Below are positions 26,887-40,780 of a stretch of 64,000 nt of DNA, in pieces; within the stretch, counting starts at the first letter, position 1, and every line of letters begins with the position of its first letter. The translations under genes were made by a program, and so were the position numbers. Location of the stretch: assembly GCF_009914755.1 (NCBI RefSeq), contig NC_060925.1; one strand, 5' to 3'. The notes beneath the pieces are model-generated. The model saw nothing but the letters and a program-made list of their open reading frames with translations, was not told where the DNA came from and searched no databases. Source of the DNA: the human T2T-CHM13v2.0 reference genome, Homo sapiens.

Positions 26887-28183
26887 AGACTAAGGTAAGA
26901 TATAAGAAGAAACTAGCCTTGAATAAATGGCACAGCCTGATCAATAATTTAAAGGTATTTGAAAAGTAAAACATGCCTTGATTCAACTTCTTACTTCAAA
27001 CTCAGAAGGTTTGCCCAATAATGTGCTGCCTCTGCAAATCGCCCACGCTCTAGGTTTTTTTGTTTTTAAACCTGCTATTTGTATTCAGTAAATTATTCGG
27101 TTGAACATGGGTTTCTATGGAGTAAGTGTCTGTACATAGCGTGGTTCATGCTGTCATTGATATGGCAATATTGGGCAATAATGATTTCTTTATACCAGGG
27201 CAACTCCTCTTTATTCTTCTCAATGAAGGACTACTGCCAAGAGGAATAGCCTGTTAAGCCTTTACCGTCCTTGTGACCTCAAAAATGTTTGTTAAATCCC
27301 TCTTCTAATAAATAAGGAAGGTGTTCACACTAAGAGGAACAGAGAAATACAAATACTTTCTCATGAGATTTGCTGAAAAGTTTAAGGGTAAAGCAATGTT
27401 ACTTTCTTAAAACTTTGAATTTAAAGTGACAAAAAAAGCAATGCTCATATCTTATCTATATCAGATAAGGCAGGTGAGATGTCTGCCTATAATAACACGC
27501 TAAGTCTAGACTAATCAGAGTGCCTTCCTTGACCCAAGTTCAAATTAAAAAGATGACAACAGGCAGCTTTCTTAAAAATGACCATAGCTGGTCAAACCAG
27601 GGTTCTATCATGAAAGGCCTTCGTCTACAGGCAGACCTGAAGCCTGTGAAGTGGACTGGTAAGATTATCCTGTATATTGAACATGGACAAAAGCACCCAG
27701 CTCCTCTCTATTGGGGAATTTAGTGAGAGAAAAGTCAGTAATGACACACAGAATAACAAGGCCTTAAGCAGACACTATTAGGCGGTAGAATCCATGAGTA
27801 ATAGGAACCATATATTAAGGATGAACAAACAGTGGGAAAATGTTAGCATAAATAGAAGAAAAAGAGAGTAACTGAAAGATGAAGCTATGAATAACTCTGA
27901 GGGAATGCTAAGTGTATTTTTTGTCATTGGAGGTCATTGTGACCTGAATGATTTCCCAATTTTCCATAGGACAGTACTAATTTATGTCCCAGGCATGTGT
28001 CCTTATGTCAATACATTCTATAACAGTGCAAGAGGATTCACAACTAAAAAAAAAATTAAGTTAAGATAATTTTTTAAAATGGAACTTGATTAGAAGTATG
28101 TAATGTGTTCCTAAAGTACATGAAGCTTCTAATAGTGAACAAAAAAATGATACATGGCAACTATAAAAATGTCTACACTAAAT

Positions 28184-28398
28184 GAGTTGTTATCAATGAG
28201 TGATTTCACCCTCAGGGAAAACTTTGCAATAGTTAGAGACATTTTCAATTGTCACAGAAGGGTGTAGGGTGTTGCTACTGGCATGTAGCAAGTGGAGGCC
28301 AAGGTGGCTACTAAACATCCTATGATCCACTGGATGGCTCCCCAATGAGATAATTATCCAGCTCAAACATCAATAATACAAAGGCTGAGAAACACTTA
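28184..28398 (+). mobile_element. MER20 (hAT-Charlie)
   Basis: GAGACATTTTCAATTGTCAC...GCTACTGGCATGTAG...GAGGCCAAGG..GCTACTAAACATCCTA...GGCTGAGAAAC. Confidence 0.85.
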
Positions 28399-29051
28399 TC
28401 TAAACCAAGACAGGTTGGCTCAAAACAAATTTAAAATGTATTAGTTCTGATCTAATTCTGGCCTATTTCAAATAATTCTTACCCTTTTAACTAGATCTTT
28501 CTGTTATAACTGATGATATAGTTAAAAATACCTGAAACTAAGCATATAAACTTCCAGGATTTAAATGTCTTCAATATTTTGTTTTGAAAGATTTTATTAT
28601 TTATACAAGCAAAAATGTTGGGAAGGTTCTTTAAATTGTATTATTGCCATGTTGCTGATATAAATAAAAGGAACAATCAGAAATGGATATTTTCAGACAA
28701 GAAAGAAATCAATGAAAGTGATGAAATTGCAGTCAAGTTAGTTATGATCTTTATAAAGTAATATGTCCAAAGCCCACTTTCTTGAAGCTCTGGTAAATCT
28801 AAATGTAAATATTTTGGCCTTTTGCAGACTTAATGTATTTATTCAACAGCTGGCTCTGTGCATGGAAGTGCTAAATAATAATATAGACACATTAGAGTTA
28901 TACATGGACAGGTAAATGTTTACCTAGTATGACTTCAATTTCAGAGATTAAAATATATTCTTCTCTGACAATGGAGAAATCATTCTGCTGTCCTATCAAA
29001 GTCATAAGATTCTACCATTAGAAATGGAAGAATCCTAGGCAGAATAACATA

Positions 29052-29402
29052 CAGGTTAAGTATCCTTAATTCAAAGTTCCAAAATCTGAAATCCTCAAAA
29101 TCTGAAACTTTTTGTGTGCCAACATGATGACACAAGTCAAAAATTCCACATCAGATCTCATGTGATGGGTCACAGTTAAAATGCAGCTAAAACTTTGCTT
29201 CATGCACAAAATTATTTAAAATATTGAATACAATCAATTTCAGGCTATGTGTATAATGCATGTAAAAACATAAATGAATTTTGTGTTTAGATTTGGGTCC
29301 CATCTCAAAGATATCTCACTATGTATATGCAAATATTTCAAAATCTAAGTAAAAACAAAATCCAAAATACTTCTGGTTTCATGGTAAGGGATACTTAACC
29401 TG
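29052..29402 (+). mobile_element. Tigger4b (Zombi/MER46B-type)
   Basis: TIRs CAGGTTAAGTATCC / GGATACTTAACCTG with TA on both sides. Confidence 0.85.
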
Positions 29403-29544
29403 TATTAAACTTTAATAGTTGTTAACATTTTAAATGAAATTAATATCAGAACTTCTACAGATTCACAGAGGGCTGAAATTCTTGCTTTTTTTAGGGTGGA
29501 GAAAGAAGACGGCAATTTAGAATAGAGGATTTAGACTTTAGTAG

Positions 29545-29845
<301 letters not shown>

Positions 29846-29944
29846 TAGTAGGCTACTTTTATATGGAAGGGGAAAACCATAAAAAACACGAAAGTGAAAA
29901 TATGGTAGGAAAGCATAACACATTATATACTTAATAAATGGAAC

Positions 29945-30828
29945 TGAAGACTAAACTCTGATTTTTTTTTTTATCTTGCCCAAATTCCTATCTGTGGGGT
30001 CTGGGGAGTCATGTCCTATAAACCATAAATTCTCACCAAATGGGTTTTATTTAACCCTGTATATAGTGACTTACTTTCCAATCTGACTCTGGCATAACAA
30101 GGAAGAAAATCAAAATATTTTACCCCAAAAGATGTTTCTCTGCCATATCTCGAAATTGCCCTGTAAAATCTCTTTTGGGAAAAATCCACATTCTATAGAG
30201 AATCCCTTTTCCCCTTTGTTTTTCTTCCTTCCTTTCCAGATCCAGGAGAAAATCAACTAAGAGCCAGGCACCATTTTAGGTCCGAGACTGAGGCAGGAGA
30301 ATCGCTTGAACCTGGGAGGTGGAGGTTGCAGTCAGCCAAGATTGCACCACTATACTCCAGCCTGGGCAACAGAGTGAGACTCAGTCTCAAAAGCAAACAA
30401 CAACAACATAAAAACATTTTACAACCTGTGGTCTCTCTGAAGTCTGCTATCTGAGAGTTTCCTCTGCACAAGAAAACTTGGTTTCCACAATTCTTTATCT
30501 TAACCTGAACATTCCTTTCTGTTGATCTCAGGTCTTCAGATAAACTCAACCAGTTGTCAACCAGAAAATATGTAAATTTACCTATAGCCTGGAAGCCCCT
30601 GCTTTGAGTTGTCCTGCCTTTCTGAACCAAACCAATATTTTTCTTAAATGTATTCGATCGATGTTTCATGTCTCCCTAAAATATATAAAACCAAGCAGTA
30701 CCCCAACTGCCTTTGGGCACATATTCTCAGGGTCTCCTGAGGGCTGTGTCATGGGCCCTGGTCACTCATATTTGGTTCAGAATAAATCTCTTAAAATATT
30801 TTACAGAGTTTGATTCTTTTTGTCAGCA
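29945..30828 (+). mobile_element. MER4-group ERV1 solo LTR
   Basis: TG...CA termini; TCTCCTGAGGGCTGTGTCA..GGTCACTCATATTTGG..AGAATAAATCTC..TACAGAGTTTGA end; 4-bp TSD GAAC (29941-29944, 30829-30832). Confidence 0.88.
30285..30408 (+). mobile_element. 5'-truncated AluS right arm nested in the MER4 LTR
   Basis: ACTGAGGCAGGAGAATCGCTTGAACC...GTCTCAAAAGC(AAC)n; no TSD evident. Confidence 0.85.
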
Positions 30829-32152
30829 GAACTAAGACATCCTAGTTTACATTTATTTAATAATGACATGTTTTCTATTTTCCTTACAAAAATCTAGTAA
30901 AGTAGCTGTGACAATATCATGCAGAAACTGGGGCTTAATGAGTAGTTCATCAATGGGTCCAGAGTCACATAGCCAGCAGATGACAGAATGAATGTTTGAA
31001 TCAAGTTCTGAATGACAGGACAAAATATACTTTTAAAAATTGGCCTCTCAAAATCCTTTTATGAAGATTATATGAACTAACATTTAATGGGTGGTCACAA
31101 ATTAAGGAAAACTAACATTCATTGACTGTATGCTAAATACTGTGCTAGTATCTTTACATAAAGTACTTATAATAATAACTACACCATTTGTTAGAGACAT
31201 GCTTAGGAAGAAATAACAAAACTAAGCTTTAGCAGAGATTCATTTCACTTGTATCAAAAATTTCATGGTATGTAATCAAGCCCTAGTATTTGTTGACTAG
31301 GTCCCAGAAAAATCCACTAAAATACCTTCTTCATAACGCAAAGGCAAGTTTACTATTTAATGTAGTAAGAGAAACTACTACTTTGAGTGCTTCTTAATAG
31401 CTACTTAGAGTCAGGAGGCCACAGACAGACAGTTTTGAGATTTTTGATATCTGATTTAAGATGATTCTCTCAATTCGGGGCCTGCTTGAGACTGGGTAAA
31501 GTTCAAGATACAATAGTTAAGGGTTAGTGACTACAGGGAGGCAAGGCTTTAGAAGGGACTCTTGAAGAATAGATAGCCAGTTGATTAGTGGGCTTGACTA
31601 ATCTATTGTCCTGAAAAGGGAGAAATGAGGACTAGATGATCAGTCTATTGTTCAGCTAAACAGATTGGAGGATGTTCCTGAAACTAACAATAATGTAATT
31701 TTTAATGTTATCTGAGCAAGAGCCTCTTGGTTTAGTAAAGTCATATTGGAGCACATGGGTTGCTTTTCACATTGTTGTTCAAAGAACATCTTCAACAATT
31801 TCCGTTTCTTCATTTTTCCGTTCTTGACATCTTTTTAAAGTGACATTTATCACCACAGTTTAAAGGTAACTTGAACAGTTTCAAACATCACATCCCCATT
31901 CCAAAAAGGGAAAAGAGAAGTAACAAAGACCCAAAGTCTCAATCATCCAAGTCTGTCCCTTTTAAAAATGTTTTGTTAGAAGCCTTATATTTTGGTTTCA
32001 TCCCATTGGACACAATAAGGTCTTATAATCCGTTCTAGCTATAAAGAAACTGGGAAGGCAAATCTTTAGACTGCTTACAGGTTCTAGAGTAGAGGAAGAA
32101 AGTGAAAATAGACTGTAAATTGATTTTTGTTGCTATACACAAATACACAGCA

Positions 32153-33730
32153 ATTTTTTAAAAATTGTACTTTAAGTTCTGGGATACACATGCAGAACGT
32201 GCAGGTTTGTTACATAGGTATACATGTGCCATCGTGGTTTGCTGCACACATCAACCTGTCATCTCCATTAGGTATTTCTCCTAATGCTATCCCTCTCCTA
32301 GCCCCACACCCCCCAACAGGCCCTGGTGGGTGATAGTCCCCTCCCTGTGTCCATGTGTTCTCATTGTTCAACTCCTACTTATGAGTGAGAACATGTGGGG
32401 TTTGGTTTTCTGTTCCTGCATTAGTTTGCTAAGGATGATGGTTGCCAGTTTCATCCATGTCCCTGCAAAGGACATGAACTCATCCTTTATTATGGCTACA
32501 TAGTATTCCATGGTGTATATGTGCCACATTTTCTTTATCCAATCTATCATTGATGGGCATTTGGGTTGGTTCCAAGTCTTTGCTATTTTGAACAGTGCTG
32601 CAATAAACACATGTGTGCATATGTCTTTATAGTAGAATGATTTATAATCCTTTGGGTATACACCCAGTAATGGGATTGCTGGGTCAAATGGTTTTTCTGC
32701 TTCTAGATCTTTGAGGAATCACCACATTGTCTTCCACAATGGTTGAACTAATTTACACTCCCACCAACAGTGTAAAAGCATTCCTATTTTTCCACATCCT
32801 CTCCAGCATCTGTTGTTTCCTGACTCTTTAATGATCACCATTCTAACTGGCGTGAGATGGTATCTCATTGTGGTTTGATTTGCATTTCTCTAGTGACCAG
32901 GGATGATGAGCTTTTTTTCATATGTTTCTTGGCCGCATAAATGTCTTCTTTTGAGAAGTGTCTGTTCATAACCATTGCCCACTTTTTGATGGCATTGTTT
33001 GCTTTTTTCTTGTAAATTTGTTTAAGTTCCTTGTAGATTCTGGATATTAGCCCTTTGTCAGATGGATAGATTGCAAAAATTTTCTCCCATTCTGTAGGCT
33101 GCCTGTTTCACTCTGATGATAGCTTCTTTTGCTATGCAGAAGCTCTTTAGCTTAATTAGATTCCATTTGTCAATTTTGGCTTTTGTTGCCATTGTTTTTG
33201 GTGTTTTAGTCATGAAGTCTTTGCCCATGACTATGTCTTGAATGGTATCGCCTAGATTTTCTTCTAGGGTTTTTGTGGTTTTAGGTCTTACATTTAAGTC
33301 TTTAATCCATCTTGAGTTAATTTTTGTATAAGGTGTAAGGAAGGGGTCCAGTTTCAGTTTTCTGTATATGGCTAGCCAGTTTTCCCAACATCATTTATTA
33401 AATAGGTAATCCTTTCCTCATTGCTTGTTTTTGTCAAGTTTCTCAAAGATCAGATGGTTGTAGATGTGTGGCATTATGTCCGAGACCTCTGGTCTGTTCC
33501 ATTAGACTATATATATCTGTTTTGGTACCAGTACTATGCTGTTTTGATTACTGCAGACTTGTAGGGTAGTTGGAAGTGAGGTAGCACAATGCCTCCAGCT
33601 TTGTTCTTTTTACTTAGGATTGGCTTGGCTATATAGGCTTTTGTTTTGGTTCCATATGAAACTTAAAGTGGTTTTTTTCAAATTCTGTGAAGATAGTCAA
33701 TGGTAGCTTGATGGGGATAGCATTTAATCT
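32153..33730 (-). mobile_element. L1PA7-like, 5'-truncated (~1.6 kb)
   Basis: TACTTTAAGTTCTGGGATACA..GCAGAACGTGCAGGTTTGTTACATAGG 3' end; ORF2 C-terminal peptide MFIAALFKIAKTWNQPKCP in the ORF track. Confidence 0.9.
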
Positions 33731-33796
33731 AGCTAAGGTGAGATGATACATTATTGTAGTTTTAATTCTCATTTCTCCAATAATTAGTGGTGTTGA

Positions 33797-34118
<322 letters not shown>

Positions 34119-34539
34119 TATTTTTAAATTTGATTATTATTTTTTATTTTTTTCTAGTTGTTTAAGCATCTTATATATTATGGTTACTAATACGTTGTCA
34201 CATGTCAGTTTGCAAATATTTTCTTCTGTTCTGTGAGTTGTCTTGTCACTTTGTTGATTGTTTCCTTTGCTGTGCAGAAGCATTTTAGTTTGATCTAATC
34301 CAACTTGTCTATTTTTTTTTCTTTGATTGCCTGTGCTTTTGAGATGTTATACAAAAAATCTTTACCCAGACCAATGTCCTGGAAAATGTTTCCTTTTTTC
34401 TCTTCTGATAGTTTTATAGTGGTTGTACATTTTAAGTCTTTTATCCATTGTGATTTGATTTTTCTATTTGATGAGAGACACTTATCTAGTTTCATTCTTT
34501 TACATATGGATATTCTGTTTTCCCAAAACCACTTATTTA

Positions 34540-37188
34540 TTTACTTTTTAACTTTTATTTTAGGTATAAGGGTAAATGTGCAGGTTTGTTATATAGGTAA
34601 ACTTGTGTGATGGGTGTTTGTTGTACAGACTATTATTAATCACCCAGTTACTCAGCCTAGTACCCAATAGTTATTTTTTTTTGTTCCTCTCCCTCTTCTC
34701 ACCCATCACCCTCAAGACACCTCAAGTAGACATCAGTGTCTGTTGTTCCCCTTTTTGTGTCCATGAGTTCACATCATTTAGCTCCCACTTATAAGTGAGA
34801 ACATGTGGTATTTGGTTTTCCATGCCAGTGTTAGTTTACTAAGGATAATACCCTCCAGCTCTATCCATGTTCCCATGAAAGACAGGATCTCATTATGTTT
34901 TATGGCTGCAAAGTATTCCATAGAGTATATGAACCACAATATCTTTATCTAATCTGCCATCAATAGGCATTTAGATTGATTCCATGCCTTTGCTGTTGTA
35001 AATAGTGCTGCAATGAACATTCATATGCACGTCTTTTTGGCGAAATGATTTCTATTCCCCTGGGTACGTACCAAGTAACGGGATTGCTGGGTCAAATGGT
35101 AGTTTTGTTTTTAGCTCTCAAAGAATTTGTCACAGTGCTTCCCATAATGGCTGAACTAATTTACACTCATACCAACAGCTTATAAACATTCCTTTTTCTC
35201 CACAACCTTGCCAACATCTGTTATTTTTTGACTTTTTCGTAATAGCCATTCTGACTTGTGTGAGATTATATTTAATTGTGGTTTTGATTTGCATTTCTCT
35301 AATGATCAGTACTATTGAGCGTTTCTCCTGCACTTATTGGCTGCATGTATGTCTTCTTTCGAAAAGTATCTGTTCATGTTCTTTACCAATTTTTTAATGG
35401 GGCTGTTTTTTTTTTTTTTGTAAATTTGTAAGTTTCTTATAGATGCTGGATATTAGACCTTTGTCAAATGCATAGTTTGCAAATATTTTCTCCCGTTTTG
35501 TAGGTTGTCTGTTTACTCTGCTGATTATTTCTTTGGTTGTGCAGAAGCTCTTTGGTTTACTTAGACCCCATTTGTCAATTTTTACTTTTGTTGAGATTGC
35601 TTTTGGTATCTTTGTCATGAAATTCCTATGAATCCTTAAGTCGTGAGTTCCCATGTCCAGAATAGTATTGCCCAGATTGTCTTCCAGGGTTTTTATAGTA
35701 TTGGGTCTTATGCTTCAGTGTTCATCTTGAGTTGATTTTTGTATGTGGTGTAAGGGATGGGTCCAGTTTCAATCTTTTGCGTATGGCTAGCCAGGTATCC
35801 TAGAAGAATTTGTAAAATAGGGAGTTCTTTCCACATTGCTTGCTTTTGTCAGCCTTGTTGAAGATCAGATGGTCATGGGTGTGCAGCCTTATTTCTGGGC
35901 TCTCTATTCTGTTCCATTTGTCTATGTGTCTGTTTTTGTACCAGTACCATGCTATTTTGCTACTTTAGCCTGCAGCATAGTTTGAAGTTGGGTAACATGA
36001 TACCTTCAGTTTTGTTCTTTTGGCTTATGGTTGCCTTGGCTATTTGCACTCTTTTTTGGTTCTATATAAATTTTAAAACAGATCTTTTTCTAGTTTTGTG
36101 AAGAATGTCATTGGTAGTTTGACAGGAATAGTGTTGAATCTGTAAATTGCTTTTAGCAGTGTAGCCATTTTAATGATGTTGATTCTTCCCATCCGTAGGC
36201 ATGGGATGTTTTTTCATTTATTTATGTTATCTCTGATTTCTTTGAGCAGTGTTTTGTAAGTATCATTGTAGAGATAGTTCACCTCCCTGCTTAGCTATAT
36301 TCCTAGGTATTTGTATGTGTGCATTTGCATTTGAGTGTGTGCAGTTATGAAGGGGATTGAGTCCATGATTTTGCTCTGGGCTTGGCTGTTATTGGTTTAT
36401 AGGGATGCTAGTGATTTTTGTGAATCAATATTGTATCCTGAAGCTTTTCTGAAGCCGTAAATCAGCTGAAGGAGCTTTTAGGCCAAAACTTGGATTTCTC
36501 TAGATATAGTATCATGTTGTCTGCAAAGAAAGATTATTTGACTTCCTCTTCTCCTTTTTTAATTCCCCTTATTTCTTTATGCTGCCTGATTGCTCTGGCC
36601 AAGACTTCCAATACCTTGTTTAATAGGAGTCATGACAGAGAGCATCTTTTTCATAGATGGTATATATTATTTTGATGTATGTTCCTTCAATATCTAGTTT
36701 ATTGAGAGTTTTTAACATGATGGAATGTTGAATTTTATCAAAAGCTTCTTTTGTGTCTATGGAGATAATTATGTGGTGTTTGTATTTGGTTCTGTTTGTA
36801 TGATGAATCACATCTATCAACTTATGTATGTTGAACCAACCTTGCATCCTGAGGATGAAACCTACTTGATCGTGATGAATTAGCTTTTCGATGTACCGCT
36901 GCATTCAGTTTACAAGCATTTTGTTGAAGACTTTTGCATCACACTTTATCGGGGATATTGGGCTGAAGTCTTCTTTTTTTGTTGTGTATCTGCCAGGTTT
37001 TGGTATGAGAATAATGCTGGCCTTATAGAATGAGTCAGGGAGGAGTCCCTCCTTCTCAGTCTTTTGAATTTTTTTCGGCAGGAATGGTACCAGTTCATCT
37101 TTGTGTAACAGTTAATTTGGCCACGAATTCATCTGTTTCTGGATGGGTTTTTTTTGTTGATGGTGGTGGTAGCCTATTTATTACTGAT
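34540..37188 (-). mobile_element. L1PA13-15-like, 5'-truncated, nested in the older L1
   Basis: Antisense 3' end GCAGGTTTGTTATATAGGTAAACTTGTG...TAGTACCCAATAG; RT-domain peptide [17 protein letters not shown] in the ORF track. Confidence 0.85.
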
Positions 37189-38395
37189 TAGGAGACTTTC
37201 TTTTCTCCAGTGTATGGTCTTGGCATCTTTGTAAAAAAAGAAAATGAATTCACTGTAAATGTGTGGATTTGTACTTTAACTTTCTATTCTGTTCCATTGG
37301 TTTATGTGTCTGTTTTTATGTAAATGCCATATTTTGGTTATTGTAAATGTGTTGTACAACTTAAAGTCAAGTATTATAGTGCCTGACTTAAAATCAGGTA
37401 GTTCTTTTTGCTCAGGATATTTTGTCTATTCTGGGTCTTGCAGACCAGCATAGTACTGAGGCTCACCTAAGGCCGATCGTCACTATGGCCTACTACCACT
37501 AATGTTTGTTCGAGACCCATTTCCATTTTAGTTAGCAGGCAGTGAATCCTGCTGGGACTGGGTTCATCCCATCAGGGCAGTGGATTCCCTTCTGGCCCAG
37601 GGTGAGCCTAAAAACACCATTCAGGAGCAAAGACCTGGAGTCGGAGGCATCAGGAATCTCAATACTTTATTTTACTCTGGTCTAGCTAATCCAAAGTTAC
37701 TAAACAAAGGCCTCTGTGCTCTTTCCTCTCTTTCCCCCAAGCAAGGAAAGTCTCCCCCAAATAGCACCACCTGGAATTGGGGGAGGGGTAGTGAAGGCAC
37801 TCCCATGGCTACCACAGCTGGTGTCACACTGGGTCACACCCCAAATCTACTGCCTTGAAGACCAGTGCCTCAACAGGGCTTCTTCAAGGACTGCAGTTCT
37901 TATGGCCTGACTTCCCTTCAAATTTATTCTGGGCCTCAGGCCACTTTAGTCAGCCAGTGGTGAAGTGTCTGTGGCTTAGGTTTCTCCCACTAGGGATAGA
38001 AGATTTTCCTCTGGCTCAGGGATGATCTAAAGGCCCACTCCATGGGCACCTGCATAATTCTGCCCTGTGTTTGTGCTTTGCTGTGACTGAGTTCCAATGC
38101 AGAAATCTCACACTCACTTCCCTCTTGCTCCCCAAAGCACACAGGTTCTTTCTCTGTGCTGTGCTGCCTGAGGCTGAAGGAGGAGTGGTGTAGGCATTGC
38201 CAGACTGTTATTCCCACCCTCTTCAGTGAATGTTTTCTTGATATTATGTAAAAACTAGGCACCGAGATTGCTCACCTGATTTTCTTGGTTATTATGAATG
38301 TGGTTTCTTATGTAAAAAGTTGTTCAATATGGTGTTACTGTACAGGGACGATTGCTGGGGCTTCAATTTGGCTACCATGCTCTATCTCCTCCCTC

Positions 38396-38990
38396 AGGTT
38401 ACCCACTTGAATATCAAAAGCAATGGAACAAATTAAAATTTGTGCCATCTGATACAAAGGAATGAGAACACACCATTATTTCTGTGATATTCCTGTGAAA
38501 AACAAATAACCTAAATTTAACAATGACAACATATAGGTTAAATGCAATTTGAGATACATTTTATAAAATATCCAATAATATTTAAAATATTAAGGCCATG
38601 AAAGTCAAAACAACCACTACAGAATTAAAAAAAATAAAGGTTCATGACAACTAAATGTAGGAGGTGATACTGTCTTTGTCTCTTTTACCATAAATAACGT
38701 CATTAAGAAAATTGGCAAAATGTAAATGGAATCTTTGGACTAGATGGTAGAACTATATAAATGTTACTGACCTGAGTTAATGGCTGCATTTTGTGACTAT
38801 ACAGGAGAAAGTCTTGCTTTTTATTGATATGTATTTAAGTATTCAGGAGTGACTGGGCATCATCGAGGAAACTTACTCTTAACGGGTTTAAGAACAAAAA
38901 GATTCTTTGCCATAGCCTTGCAGGATCAGTAGCTTGTGGTTGTATCAAAATAAAAACAAAAACATGTTTGATAATTATAATTTTATATAA
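38396..38990 (+). mobile_element. L1MC (MC3/MC4-like) 3'UTR, downstream part
   Basis: AATGGAACAAATT..GTGCCATCTGATA, TTCTGTGATATTCCTG, CATGACAACTAAATG motifs. Confidence 0.7.
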
Positions 38991-40487
38991 CTGGCTAGAA
39001 TATGTTAACTCTGAAACACTCAATCCACTATTTTCCATAAAAACTTCTCTTGGAAGTCAAAGACAATAAAGTTGCTTGAAAATGATCATATGATAATTGT
39101 GTCTGTAAGAGACTAGGCATAGATAGAGGAAGCTTCTAAGGAGTTCTTGTTTAAAAAATGTTTAAAATGTGCATTTCTAAATTACCCTAATATTCTATCT
39201 ACCAATTACTGGTACTTATTCCTTTATAACTCCTAAAATTAATTTAGTTTCTCATTACTCTTTTTCTTTTCTTGGCTGGAATCCATGTTTCCATATCTCT
39301 TTAGGCTGTTTAAAATGAGGTATAGTTTATGGGATTTTCTTTCAAATTATTTCTCTGCTGTCTCATGGGGCAAGTTTTAAGAGGGTAAATTTGCTTACAT
39401 AAATTTCAGTGGAGTTAGTAGTTGAGATTGTAGAAAAAGATAAGACAAAAGAAAGTCACTTTCTAGATAAAACAATTGACATAAAATACTAAATATGTAA
39501 ACTGCTGGAATATAAGTTAAAATTGCAACAAAATTTTAAATATTTAAAATAAATTATAACCCATATAAGTATTAGCACCTACATTACCTTAAATAATTCA
39601 CAATTTGGCCCAAGAAAATGCATTAGAACTCCTGATAGGAATATAATAAATGTTGTTTCCATATAATAGTACATTCTTACAAGCGTTACTTTAGACTGTG
39701 TTTTTGAAGTTGAGTGCTGTATTTTAGCAAATTGAAAATTAAAATATTTTATCCTACAATCAATCCTGGCTGTCTCCTAGAAAAATATAACTAAAATCAT
39801 ATTGTAAAACTCTAATGGAGTGAACTAACTTACAGCTAACAGTTTGCTCTGTTGTATCAAGTGACTTATTTTGTGTGCAGTATGACAAAAACATGATTAA
39901 TTCACTCTCTGTATAAAAACTCTGCTTGTATGGCTGTGAAGGGAAAGGTGCCTTTGAGGATGAATGAGTAGGGTTCCATAGAGACAAATAGTCTTCAGGG
40001 CAACAGGTTAACCCACTCAATCTGTAGTGAAGCGGAGCTTCCCTGGAGATGGTCCAAAAAGTAAAGAATCAAAAATAAGAAAGCTTTTAATTTTTGTATT
40101 CAAACACAGAAAAGGTCAACGTTTGCTTTTTGCCATATTTTGAGATATAAGCAACCAAGAAAAGTAATAGCCATCTTACCATAAGATGTTATATAAATAT
40201 TTCCAAATTTGAGAGGAAATATTAGAAGCATTTGAGGACGTGGTTTTCTCACTTACACTCAAAATATTTTACTGCATAATATTTCCCCTAAATATTTTTA
40301 AAGCATAATTCTAAAGGAAAAAAATCTTTAAATCATAAGCTCTACTAACAGAAATATTTTCTGGTGAGCATATTTATCATATAATTTATTAGCATGACAC
40401 AGAGGTGCTGTATAATTAGATATGTCACCATTATTTTGGATGTAATACATCTCACATTAATTATTTAAAATCAAAATTAGGGATTTA

Positions 40488-40780
40488 GGCCAGGATTCGG
40501 GGCCTCACACCTATAATTTCAAAACTTTGGGAGGCCCAGTCAGGCAGATCACTTGAGGTCAGGAGTTTGAGACCAGCCTAGCCAACATGATGAAACACCA
40601 CCTTTATTAAAAATACAAAAATTAGCCGGGTGTGGTGGTGGGCAACTGTAGTCCCAGCTACTTGGGAGACTGAGGCAGGAGAATGCTTGAACCCAGGAGG
40701 CAGAGGCTGCAGTGAGCCGAGATTGCACCATTGCACTCCAGTCTGGGCAACAGAGCAAGACTCCATCTCAAAAAAAAAAA
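40488..40780 (+). mobile_element. AluSx/Sz
   Basis: GATCACTTGAGGTCAGGAGTTTGAGACCAGCC; TSD AAAATTAG(G/A)GATTTA at 40473-40487 and 40781-40795. Confidence 0.92.

Noticed and set aside
31280-32070. Probable ancient LTR/MLT1 fragments
   Set aside because: Too degenerate to call reliably without Dfam
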